The notes beneath the pieces were generated by a model. The model was not told the DNA's origin and made no database searches. It was given only the letters and a program-made list of their open reading frames with translations. DNA of 64,000 bases, taken from positions 160,394,001 through 160,458,000 of the forward strand of contig NC_042997.1 in assembly GCF_006345805.1 (NCBI RefSeq), written 5' to 3'. The first letter of the stretch is position 1, and each line of letters begins with the position of its first letter. The position numbers and the translations under genes are program-made. Shown one piece after another: positions 37,419 to 49,829 of the stretch. This DNA comes from Octopus sinensis (taxonomy: Eukaryota).

Positions 37419-39693
37419 CATACATGCATACAAAGAAAGAAACAGTCATCAAGAATGTACGTATGTACATACTTGATGACTGCAACTTAATTTTGATCAA
37501 TGCCATTGCTTAAGCATAAACTGAATGGTTATGGCTTTCCATTACCGCTCGAGATCTTCATTTTTTTACATAGATGTGGCAATGATGGATACCTCTTGAA
37601 GCAGCTGTCGGTAACTTCATTCGGGTGAAAATTCATACCTACTACTTAGCACTCAAGTATCCGTAGTATAAATGCTCTAGGTTGTGTTGCAGCTTAATAC
37701 CGCATTCCCTTTCACGAGGCACATGGCCTCACATCATAAGCGTTTGGCGTAGACATCGATCAAGTCTACTTCCAGCTGTCATCTCTTTAGGCTTCTAATC
37801 CTCTTTAATCAAACACTTACAGAGCTTAATTCAGTTCAATTAAAAGGCATAGGTAAACCACATTACAATTTGCGAAAAAATGTATCTTCGCCCAGGGTAT
37901 GCATCGCCCCTCCATGCCGTTTTTTTCGTTTCATTTCTACTTATTCTTAGTGTTTCCATGATCGCAGCTGCACAGTAATATTTCCGTGTTTTTGACATTT
38001 CTATCCATATATTACTTTCAGAATAATTTGCTCTTAAATTATATATTATTGTAGTTGCTGTTGGGGATGAGGTTAACTTTAATCGAGACATTTCCACCGT
38101 AATTACCTCGTCTAGTTTATTGTTCTCAACTAAATATATTATCAACGAGTAACTTCCTTATCATGAGGGTATCATTTCAATGCGTTTTGAATGCTCTTTG
38201 TAGAGGGTCGAACGACCAGAGAGTGGTTTCACATCGTTGTGTTTCCACAAATTTTCTGCTTAATAACTTCTCTCATAAACTCTTGGTTTTAGCCCAAGAA
38301 AAATGGTTGGAAACACATTTTAGCGTATCATTGAGATTAAACATGGGACAGCACGGTTATGAACTGAAACTCTTTACCCAACTATGACGGCACTCTATTG
38401 TAATTTTCCTTCTATTCAACGTAGATGGCAGAATACCATCTACGTATTTAGGATACCGTACCGTGAGATTAAACTCGGGACAATGTGATTACAAAGAGGA
38501 TTTCTTAACCACGCAAATATGATCACTGTGATATAATTCTATTCTAATCAACGTAGATAGCATAGTGTACATACATAACTTCTTAATCTGCTCATTTGTT
38601 ACGATATTCTGGTTGTTTGTCTCGTACAACAGCACAATCATCTCTCACAATTTCGCTACAGTTTATATTTCCATCACTAACTTTCACACCTCATACCATT
38701 TCTGGATTTAGTTAATGAAATAACTTTTCTGCTATTATATCTATAAGTTCGTTGAAATACAGAATAGTCATTTTTATTGTCCTTCAGAATATTGTATTTT
38801 GTTTAATCAACTTAAAAACGTTTTTACTTAGCAACACATTTTAAAAATTGTCTCCTAGTAACAATGAGAAGGCACTGCTTCTGAGCTGTATTTATTAATT
38901 ATTTGGTATTACTTTATATCATATATGAAGAAAGCGAGAGCGTTCAAGCGAGACAGACAGAGAGACGGGGAGAAAGAGCAGGAGGGAGAGAGAATGGCGG
39001 CGGGGAGAGAGAAAGGGAGTGAAGAAAATAGAGAAAAAGAGATGGGTGGAGAGAGGGAAAGAGATAAAGAAAGACGAGCTGAATAAGAGAAAAATTGAGA
39101 GAAAAAGGAGGAGGTAGGCAGAGAGAAGAGAGAGGAAAAAGAAATAGAGAGTTAGCAACGTGTGCGTGCTTGCAAGTAAGCAAGACTCATACACACTAAT
39201 TTATAATTTTACAGTAGACTAGAAAATAATAGTTTCTAATGTAGGTACTAGACCAGAAACATGAGCATACACTGGGGTCGATTATATTGACATAACTACT
39301 GTGTGCTAGTTTTATGTGACGAAATCTAAATTGTGCCATTAGCTTACTTGTTATTGTGTAACTTGCTAATTGTTTATTTCCTCTTTTCCTTATTTTTACC
39401 TTGCACATTTTGTCAATAGTTTAATTGCTATCGTTTACCAGTTAATGATATAGATTAAAAAGTATCTCTAGCATATGAATATAAACAAATTACAGAATAT
39501 CGGTACGCCTGGCAAACTGGGATGCCAAAGCTGCATGCGGATTGGACAAAATCATATTCTAAAAATTCAGCTTGCTGGAAAGTTCTAAGAGGTAATAAAG
39601 TTGTCAGGAACCCAACTGTCAGTTAAACAAATTTCAAATCTGATGATTGCTCTATGTATGAAGGTGCTAATTTAACGTTACGAGCATTACAGG

Positions 39694-39858
39694 CACAGGC
39701 GTGGCTGTGTGGTAAGTAGCTTGCTTACCAACCAAATGGTTCCGTGTTCAGTACCATGAGCAGCTGTCTTCTAAAGCCTCGGGCTGACCAAACCCTTGTG
39801 AGTAGATTTGGTAGACGGAAACTGAAAGAAGACCGTCGTATATATATATATATATATT
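39694..39858 (+). mobile_element. tRNA-derived SINE (family C), internally deleted; decayed relatives at ~485-680 (+) and ~2190-2340 (-)
   Basis: Head ggcgtggctgtgtggtaagtagcttgct...ggttccgtgttcagt, body ccttgtgagtagatttggtagacggaaactgaaagaag, then a TA run. Confidence 0.75.
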
Positions 39859-40324
39859 TGCTATTATTTCAGTAGACTGAATGAATTTACCAGAATAGTC
39901 TATATTTAATCAGAATTTAAAGGTTGGTAGAATTTTTAAGAGGGAGAAGAAATATTTTACCCAAGTGACTCAGTTATTTCTACTTGCAACAAAAGAGGGG
40001 TGCGCGGCTCCAATACTCGAAACTGTGTCAGTCTCGCGATCCTGCTGTCTGCTAGGGGATCGTAGGAGGTTGCTCCCCTGCTAGCAATAATTTTACAGGG
40101 TGCAGACTGGATCAATAACCAGCTGGCGGGAGATCTGTCGGGAGTTAAACAAGTAGGATCATGGAACAGCCACTTTGATGTAACGATTAACCTTACTGGT
40201 TAAGGTGGCGAGCTGGAAGAAACGTTAGTATGCCGGGCGAAATGCTTAGCAGTATTTCGTCTGTCGCTACGTTCTGAGTTCAAATTCCGCCGAGGTCGAC
40301 TTTGCCTTTCATCCTTTTTCATGG

Positions 40325-41170
40325 TTAACGTTATGGCTGTTATCAATCACATCTGCTTTATCTCTGGTGAGACCTCCCCATTTCTAATTTTGGAGGTCCG
40401 TCTACCGAGGTAAGAAGGCTGTAGCAGCAATTCTGCTGACTTTAGAGGTGTAGTCAATCCTTTTCGGATGCAAATCTCACATCTACCGTACCAAAACGTT
40501 TCCTTCTGTTTATGAACTTTGTTTCGTACCATATTTGGCGTGAACCTTTTTCGATGGTATCCTTGGATGTCATCTCTATCTTTTTTGCTGCTGTTGATAA
40601 TGTTCTATAGATGATCGTTTTCTTCTTCATGCTTTCCATAATATCTTCTGGAGGGTGGGTCAACCTTAACTTGCTTTTTATTTTTTGAAATTAAAATGTC
40701 TTTCAAACTCACCGATGGTGGAAACCTGTCAATGTCTATCTCCTTGTATATCACATACACCTTCTCGTCAGACTTCTCCCTCAGTCTATGAAGGTGCTCT
40801 CATCTCACGACAGCATATCTCATTTGTGACAAACCGAAGCATCCACTTTCATTATTTCTTTTAAACTCTCGATTTCCTTTGCTAGTTCTTTAATTAAGAC
40901 GTTATGAGAAATGGAACAACTCTTTTCATGGGGTGATGTCTGGGGTGTTTGTGTCTCTTGTATGTCTGTATTTATTTCTGTAGGGGCAAGGTCGGGGTCA
41001 GTGTTGGATGGGGCAGAGCAAGTCCGATGTTGACCCGACCAGCGAAACTTCTAACCAAAAAGTTAATTAATAAATTTAATTAATCAGCAAAACCTATTTG
41101 ATTGTCTGTCAGTCAGGGGTCACTTGAGTTGGTCATGCCAGGCTTCGACAACAACCTTATTTCCATAGTT
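40325..41170 (-). mobile_element. Tx1/L1-clade 5' UTR + ORF1 fragment
   Basis: LQPSYLGRRTSKIRNGEVSPEIKQMW resembles ORF1 at 26505-26900 (MVRRTSRIKISNSPPEVDAEWL). Confidence 0.7.
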
Positions 41171-41327
41171 ACCCTTGCTTTAAAAGTAAATATGTTGACA
41201 CAAGCACACTCTCTCCAGACACAACTGACAAAGGATTTTCTTTCCCGTTTTTGCTGTTCATTTGTCGATTAGTTTTTATATATTTTTTTTTATTATATCA
41301 ACTTTCCACTTCCGTAGTCACCTCCTG

Positions 41328-41388
<61 letters not shown>

Positions 41389-42238
41389 CTCACACACACA
41401 CACATTGATAAAGACTTTGGTAGGTACACGTAATTATAGGCATTTAATATATAAACATACGCATATATGCAAGCAGTCCGGGTTTCTTTTATTCCTATCT
41501 ATCTATCTATCTATCTAAGATATATCTAGTATTGTTTTAATCTTATCGATGGTGAATTATTGAACTAAGTAGCGGATTTATGCCTGACAACTCATCAAAT
41601 ATTAAAAATCATATGCAATAGAGTGGGATACTCCGAATAACAATGGAACAAATATAAATTATTTATTGAAGGCTCTTTCGCTCGTTTCTAACCAAACACA
41701 CTAAAACACGTACACAATCGACACTCACATATATCGATTAAACAGATAAATAGACGGATCTAATTATGACTGTGTTTTTAAGAGTTTGTGAATGTTCGTG
41801 ATAATGAATTAAAAGAAAGTAAATACTGTCCCTCATCCTCGTAGTAACTCTCATTCCACCAGCAACCCTTTTACAGGAATCAACATTTGTTTCGTGATAT
41901 GAACATATGATTCTTAGTAATTATGATTCTTAGTAATTCCCTAACGTAATCTTCATGAAACGGTTTTCCGTTTTTATGTATCTATATTGTACTGAGTATG
42001 TTTAGAAATAGTTTATAAAGGCGATCGTGTTGTTTGTTCTCTGCTACTGACGTGATTCTTTTTCTTCTTTTTGAAAAAGTCCGAAAGAACGCAATCTCAC
42101 TTAACAATATGAACATAATTAGGAAAATTGTTTTACGGAGTTTCGTGTAACCTCCTGATTTTCAGGAACGCATTGCTTCCGTAGAACAAGGTGGTCCTGT
42201 ATTTATTTCTACTTTTACTGCTGCAGTTGTTGCTGCTG

Positions 42239-42291
<53 letters not shown>

Positions 42292-42767
42292 GCTACTGCT
42301 GCTGCTGCTTCTGCTGCTGTTTCTGTTGTTTCTTCTTCTGTTTCTGCTACTACCGCTGCTGCTGATACACATTCTACCCCCTCCTTATACAATTTCTATC
42401 AGCTTTCTTCCTTATTCTCTTGGTTCCGTGGTAATGCACTAAAATTTTCGCTTCTTTCACGCCATTAATTCCTGGCTTACCGTAATATTCATTGTTAAAG
42501 AAGAGAAGGTAACAATGCTCTATAGAGAAAAAAAGGAATGGAGGGTATGGGATTTACATACCAAAAATGAATCAATGTCATTAAACGACCTCAGTAAAAC
42601 AGTAGAATGCGATATTGTATAATCCACCATAATAAGCTACCATGCAATAACGGTGTACAAAAGAAGTGTTTCAGAGTATTTCTGCTCTCTTATCGGTACG
42701 TCTGTTACACTATAGCTGTTAGCAAACAATATCATAATTCATCAAGAACTACATTACAAACATATTA

Positions 42768-42906
42768 CAGTTGTGGAAAAATGTTTGGAACATAAGCCTG
42801 GAAATTAGAATTTTTATATAAATGCCCAAACTAGTTAAATCAAATTGTATTTGACCATAAGAATTTTAATTTATAAAAAGGTGTTCCAAACTTTTGGCCA
42901 TGACTG
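42768..42906. mobile_element. 139-bp Tc1-like MITE
   Basis: TIRs cagttgtggaaaaatgtttggaaca / tgttccaaacttttggccatgactg with TA on both sides. Confidence 0.75.
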
Positions 42907-44376
42907 TACAATCAAATAGAATATAAAGAGTTACACAATTGTAAAAGCATGGAGTTGCAGGCCATGCAATGCAAAATTAGGGTCAAGCATTGTATACTGT
43001 TACGATGCCTCTCCTGGCAACATACAGAAACCTGTTCAGGTTATCTAAGTGCCATCTTCCCAAGTACAGAAGTACGCTCTGTCATTATCTCTACAAAAGT
43101 TTGAGGTAATGCGAAGGATGTTTTCAGAAAGTGAGAGGCTTCAAAGAAGCGAACAACATCTAATAGCTATAGGCTTTTAGGAAGGAATCAAAGTACGGTG
43201 ATTCTTGTAGTCCGGAGAAACTTCACGATATCTCCAACTCAAATGTCGACGGCAAAGGGCTTTGAGAAAGATTTAACATGTCCCTGCCAAAACAATCGCG
43301 GCTTTCACATCATGAAATAGCAGAGTTCTGGCTAAGACACTGAGCGTTCGTGGACGTTGTACTTCGCAGCAGATCTGGCCTGGGTAGCGTTCCAAATACG
43401 TCACTACTGTAAGATGCAAGGGAAGGACATGGTGCTACTTATCCGGAACGAGATGTGAGCAGACCAGTTCCTCTCTTACAACATTCTGGACAACACAGGT
43501 AGCCAGAAGGGCGAAGGCTATCACGTTGGATATGAAGACAATAAAAATTGCCTCCTGAACCCCATGAAACAGGAGATGAGAGAGATTTTGTTCGACGCTC
43601 TAAAGATTTCATGTATTTATTTTGCCCGACGTTGTAAAAATTTTATGTATTTAAGTTTTGCCAATTCGCTTTTACAAGGAACAAAACACAGGATTGTGAC
43701 TAAGTAAATACATAACGAAATAGAAGTTTTATGTCATGTACAGGTGAAATGGTCAACAGGATAATGTATCAGTGCGAGTTATCTCTTCTGTTCATCTCAC
43801 ACTGTAGACATACAGTTGAGACATGGTCTAAAATTCTCCGATCTTGTATAAAGTTAGCTTGTTACTATTGTTGTTTAAGCTCTCATCAAACAGAATTATG
43901 CTCCAAGACGTTCGAGTTAAAAAACATTGCGTTGTTTTTTAGATAGTAGAGGTTGCATTAGAGTAAAATGTTTACTGCTATTTCTAATATCTCCTATAAC
44001 TAGATAAAAACTTGCTCGTTGGCTTGTATTGAAATGTATTTGTGAATATCTATCATTTGGTATTGAACCGTTCAAATTCCACCGAGGGCGACTTGCCTTT
44101 CTTCCTTCGAGGTCTAGAAAATAAGTAGCCGATGAGGACTGGGATAGATTTAAACGACTAGTATCCTTCAGAAATTCCAAACTGGTGCCTATAGTTGAAA
44201 GGCTGAAGTTCAAATTGAAGTTATCTCCCTTCCGCTTTCTCGCTATGAAATGGTTGTTTATTATGTTGATAAAATAGTTGTTTACACGTCGAAGGATTTG
44301 ACATGTTGCTACTGTCGCTTGTGTTGCGCTGAGTATATGACCAAGGTACATAACTCTCACTTTATAGTTTAATAAT

Positions 44377-44763
44377 GACTGGCACTCCATCGGTTACGAC
44401 GACGCGACGAGGGTTCCAGTTGATCCGATCAACGGAACAGCCTGCTCACAAAATTAACATACAAGTGGCTGAGCACTCCACAGACACGTGCACCCTTAAC
44501 GTAGATCTCGGGGAGATTCAGCGTGATACAGGGTGTGACATGCTGGCCCCTTTGAAATACAGGTACAACAGAAACAAGAAGAAAGAGTGAGAGAAAGTTG
44601 TGGTGAAAAAGTACAGCAGGGTTCACCACCACCTCCTGCCGGAGCTTCGTGGAGCTTTAGGTGTTTTCGCTCAATAAACACTCACAACGCCCGGTCTGGG
44701 AATCGAAACCGCGATCCTAAGACCGCGAGTCCGCTGCCCTAACCACTGGGCCATTGCGCCTCC
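44377..44763 (-). mobile_element. Full-length tRNA-derived SINE (family B) with 13-bp TSD
   Basis: Minus strand begins ggaggcgcaaTGGCCCAGTGGttagggcagcggactc...GGTTTCGATTCCc (A and B boxes). ATAGTTTAATAAT is duplicated at 44364-44376 and 44764-44776. Confidence 0.9.
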
Positions 44764-45248
44764 ATAGTTTAATAATAAGCTTCTGTTATACCTCTAATAC
44801 AGAGCGGAGATGATTTACCTGGCATTTTGTTTACACTGTGGAAGCTAATTATTAGAATAGTATTTTTATTAAAGTTACGGCAGGAGTAACTTTCAGACTG
44901 TGCCAAGACCCCCAGCACCACCCTTCTTGTACGATATGTACAGCAGAGCCAAAGGAAGATATCTAATGTGGTAGTTTGACCTGCTAGAAGTAGCAGCCAA
45001 ATCTCTCAAATCCCGCCTTATGGTATTTTTCGAAAAACAGATAATCATTGGATAACGTGGGCTGAGATTAAACTCTCCCTGGAAAGACGGGATGGTCACG
45101 ACTGAACATATGTGTTCAATATCAGGGTGGATATGGTACTCAAAAACAACAATGTGTAATCAACAAGTATTGATTTACCTAAATATGCCCTACATTTAAT
45201 TGTACTGAAGAAAGAACTGGTTATACCAAAGTGAGCAGAATACTGACG

Positions 45249-45278
<30 letters not shown>

Positions 45279-45279
<1 letters not shown>

Positions 45280-45567
45280 CGTTATATATAAAATTCAAGT
45301 TGTGTGTCTGTCTCCTACGATTTAGACTCCTAACTACTCCCACATTTTGCGGTGCAGTTTAACCAAATCTTATAGTCGTGATTCATATCGAGCCCTTCTG
45401 CGTATTATCGCGCGTCTACGATGAGTCTACGATTTTAAAAATAATTTACCATCATTTTTTTCCATTTTAATGCATTTTTTCGCTATTGTATAAGGGAAGT
45501 AACTCTCTAAAAATTCTTATATAGTTATTTCCCTTACAAACCCGAGCAACGCCGGGCGATACTGCTA

Positions 45568-45568
<1 letters not shown>
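45279..45568 (+). mobile_element. Non-autonomous Helitron
   Basis: 5' TC, 3' hairpin cccgagcaacgccggg and CTAG end, inserted between A and T. Confidence 0.85.
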
Positions 45569-45627
<59 letters not shown>

Positions 45628-46260
45628 ATATATATATATATATAAATATTAAAAGGCTTCCAAATAAGGACGCGTAGTGCTAGAAACACAAAAGAGATAA
45701 ATTCATGAAAGGAATGAAAATTAAAAACAGTTACCATCTCAGCCATATCCCAAGGATGCCAGTAAAAGATTTACGAACAAATTTATCAAGCAATATTAAA
45801 ACATAATCAAATAGGGTAATAAAATAAATTATTATTACCAGTGGCCTAGCACAAAAGACGAGTTAGTCGTTAGACTATATATTTTTCGTATAGAAATATA
45901 ATAAAAGGCTTCCAAATAAGGAAGCGTATATATATATTGGTTAGTAGAGTTAGAGGTTGGAATAACCGTTTAGGGATTAAAATGTTCATTTTACTACAGG
46001 TATAATTATCTATGTTAACTCTGGACATAAATATGCAAGCATATTAGGCTCATAGGTTACAGGCAATGACAAAGATAATTTTATCAGGAATAAAATTTAA
46101 AGTAAACAGAAAATGAAGAAACACTGATCAACAAGTGACTAACACCAATTATTACTTTTTGATACAAATAGACTGTATCCCATCTACAGTCTATTTGTAT
46201 TAAAAAGTAATAATTGATGTTAGTCAATTGTTGTTGATCATTATTTTTCTATTTTCTGTT

Positions 46261-46330
<70 letters not shown>

Positions 46331-46458
46331 CAATTAAGGACAACTTCTTAATAAGGAAAACTTAAAAAGAAATTATCGGGTAGATAGCGCGAAAAACCTC
46401 ATAAAAGAAAAAATTTCGAAAATAATTCTTTCTTATTGAACATATTAATTTATATATA

Positions 46459-46792
46459 GAGGGCATTATTATACATACATGCCACACGCTAAGAGGGACA
46501 AAATTAGTCATTTCTACCAAAACTTTTACCGGATGTAATATATGTAAACCCACCCATGTGCTTCGTTGAAGTTGATCAGATAGTTGCTCGGCTTAGACGA
46601 GTTGGGTTCGTTTATTTTATGATACATCCAGACTTGCTGATGAATACAGAGGTATGAAATCACAGGTGATACAAGTCCATATTTTTAAATGTCTTACTTT
46701 GAAAAATTGCATTCGGTGGGATTAGTAAAATTTTTTGTAGAAATGACTAATTTTGTCCCTCTTAGCGTGTGGCATGTATGTATAATAATGCC

Positions 46793-46795
<3 letters not shown>
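46459..46795. mobile_element. 337-bp MITE with perfect 59-bp TIRs (GAG...CTC termini, TATA flanks; Sola2-like), carrying the hammerhead motif
   Basis: 46459-46517 is the exact reverse complement of 46737-46795, and imperfect pairing continues ~25 bp further inward. TATA lies on both sides, within TA-rich sequence. The Sola assignment rests on recalled terminal signatures only. Confidence 0.85.
46631..46677 (+). ncRNA. Type I hammerhead ribozyme motif, catalytic core intact
   Basis: gacttg-CTGATGA-atac(agag)gtat-GAAA-tcac(ag)gtga-TA-caagtc. Helix I gacttg/caagtc is 6 bp, helix II is 4 bp, helix III is A-U plus 4 bp, and the AUA triplet fits the NUH rule (predicted cut 46671/46672). Helix I can extend via tatg(46618-21)/cata(46678-81) across a 9-nt bulge. 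Confidence 0.88.
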
Positions 46796-46852
<57 letters not shown>

Positions 46853-47759
46853 GTCTGGGGAGAGTCATTTCCTTTTAGTACCTTATTATTTAACACACTC
46901 ACCGGTAAAATTTCCACTCTTTAGCTTATTTATTTTTCCTAAAATTTTCGTTGCATCTTGCAACATTTTCAATGAGAATATTGATTGCTAGTTCTTCGGC
47001 AAGCTACTACAGAGTAAATTCATACTTCCCACATACTATTTGCAGGTATTAATTATGAGCAATGTGATGTAAAAATTCAATATCGTGTTAGGAATCGATT
47101 TTAAACAACGACGTATTAAATTTATTCATTGACTGTCAAAATATCAATAAGACCTTCGGAGTTTTACGGAAAATGTTAGTTTGGATATAAATTTTAATAA
47201 TCTCCGGGTGAAACAAGTACAAAAAAATGTTAATCTATAAAATACATGTGTCTGCCTGTATTCTTCCATAGGTGATCGATGAGACCTTGGCTTCACCTAT
47301 AAAGTCGATTCGGGTTTTATATATCGGTATATATTGATAAGAAACATGATACGAAAATATCGATCACATGCAATCACACTTAGTTTGTGGCATCATTTGG
47401 TGTGCTGACTGGCAGTCTTTACAGAGTTCATGTTTAGTTTGCGTTGCCTAGATGCGTGCCTCTGCTCAGATAATCAGGAATTTGTATCTTTCCTGCAAGG
47501 AGACTGCTCAGAGAAAGCTATTTCTAGACTCTCTGACACTTTTACCGTTATTCTCGAAAATAGTTGTAGGAGTCTCCCTGTCCACTGACTCTCCTCTTCT
47601 CTATTCCACTTTCGTGTTAGATTAGTTGCCTGGTATGCATATAAGGTGTGTTCGAGCAATATTTGGTCATTTTCCTAAAAGGAAAAGAAATCAAAATGTC
47701 CACTCCAAAAATAGAAGTATATCAAAAATTCAAAAAATATCAACTACAAAATAGCTGAA

Positions 47760-48290
47760 AGATAAGCCCCACAACAGTCGCAAGATGGCACAGTATGCGT
47801 TCGTCAATGAGTCCTTGAGAAGCTCTTGGCCTTGATGTTCTAGGCAGAGAAGTTGGTATATTTCTCAATCGCACCCCATACATTATTATTATCCAGGGGA
47901 TTGCATCCGGGAAAATTTGGAGGCGAAATATTGGGGCTGCTACAGGCGTAGAAATTATTCCACAACCACTTCTGATTATTTCTTGAATGAGAGAAAGGAG
48001 ATTAATCTTGCTGCTATACACGGCAGCAGCATTCCTCTCCAACCAGGATTTCAGCAGCTTCACATAGCCGCCTGCATTGAGCTCAAGGCTCAGTTCATCA
48101 GTTGTTGGATGGATTACGACGTACGGAGCCAATCACAACGCCTGCTGTACCCCTTCCCGTTGGCTACAACATCACAGTTGCAGCTCTTCACGTCAGATCT
48201 TAGAGTCTATAAAGTGTTCACAGAGCATTGAGGAGCGAATAATCATAACAAGTAACTTTTCTCCAATATTTAGATGACCTTCAATCATCC
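47760..48290 (-). mobile_element. maT-like transposase relic
   Basis: LNAGGYVKLLKSWLERNAA and ...FPDAIP / LDNNNVWGAIEKYTN resemble the maT catalytic region. Confidence 0.55.
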
Positions 48291-49829
48291 ATATCAGTAA
48301 ACATTTTCTGAACAACAATTCTAATATTTATGCTCTCCAATGCCGTTCATCCGAAGATCCATTGATTTCATAATATATGCATAGAGAAGATGACAATAAT
48401 GAAATGGAAGTAATGTTTAAAGAAAGAAGGGAAAAGGAGTTGCCTTTACGTGTGTATCTCATTATGAAAACCTGCCTAGAAAAGATTTTAAAGGATAAAG
48501 ATATAGATCCAAAAATCGGTAATGTGAAGACCGTCTCTCATACTGACTAGCTGTTATGATATTTAATTTCGAAGAAATGCAATAAAGCTGTCCGACAAAA
48601 TATATATGCCAACTTATAGAAGAGAATGTTTAATTATAGTGAGGGTATCGAAAGTATCAATGGAAAACAAATCTTTGGTTGTCTTTGCCTTCCACAATAA
48701 CTCTGGGTGCGTTGTGGATGTAAGTATGGGGAAAAATGAAAACTTGCTTGCACTAAAAATTTCGAAGTAGTGGTCACGAGAGTATACAGGATTGTTTCTC
48801 CATAAATTTCTCAGGAGAACATTATTTGAGACTAGTGGGGGAGGCCAGAAATTTCAGATATTTTAAACGAAAGGAAGGAGACTTAAAGACTTTTTCCTGC
48901 AAAAAGAAACAATAGCATCCAAAGTTTCTCTGACACCTTAAAATGATTTAATATGCAGTTGTCTTAAAAACAGTCAAACCAATATTGAATATACTATACT
49001 GGGAAAGAAGATAGGATAGTCACGGCGATAACAACAAATATTTCTCTCGGCATTTGAGCAATTTCAGTTGAGAACTACGGTATTTATGACTCAGCGCGAA
49101 CCAGAATCTAAAATGCCGACCAAGATGTGTTACAAAGTCTAAAAATTATTTACATAACATTTACAAACACTAAAAAAAATAAAATTACACTTTACAGAGA
49201 AAATAGTAATAACGTCATCATGATCTGCAAAAACATCAACAACGATACAGATACACAGGTTCACACAGAATGCATTTAAATACAAACGGTCCACATACAG
49301 AAAAATTAACTTTGTAAACATAATATTTAACAATCTAAAAATTTTGCACTTCATCATTAATAGCATTAAGATTCTTTTTAATGCTAGTAAAATAAACGCA
49401 ACATTCATGGAACAGTTATTTAGGTAACCTTATTAATTCAATAGAGTAATTTCCGTCTTACAAACTATGCTCGAATCAGGCTAAAAAGACCATTTCCCAA
49501 CAGAGACGGTTTAATCACATATATAAAAATGTGTATTTAATTCAATGAATTGCAACTGTCTTGGTGTAACAGAATCTATCTCGCTTACCTGCGCTGTGAC
49601 CGGCACTAGAATTCATGGGTTTACAGAAATCGAGCGAGCAATAAAGACAATGCAATATGGCCAGATTGTGACATTGCATTTCATACGATCCATCACTGCA
49701 TTTCCATTAGTCATTATAGGTTCGTTATTTATAGGCTTACTCAATCGGCCCATTGATTGCTTGAGAAAAAATGAACGACCTAAAGAGTTAATGTTATTTT
49801 TGTCAGAATCATATCTGGTTATAATAAAG

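Noticed and set aside
37840-38145. 101-aa minus-strand ORF in unique sequence
   Set aside because: Non-ATG start, no domain and no convincing splice pair; a few ORFs of this length are expected by chance in 64 kb.
39960-40040. GAAAC-tgt-GTC preceded by a gag/ctc stem
   Set aside because: No CUGANGA box and no helix I pairing.
42950-43560. GC-richer segment possibly derived from a LINE endonuclease region
   Set aside because: No diagnostic motif could be read with confidence.
44690-44763. tRNA-like sequence with A and B boxes on the minus strand
   Set aside because: No acceptor stem or clean anticodon arm; it is the head of a TSD-flanked SINE.
49589-49700. Strong minus-strand donor CAG|GTAAGC with a Cys-rich upstream frame
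   Set aside because: No good acceptor or recognisable product.
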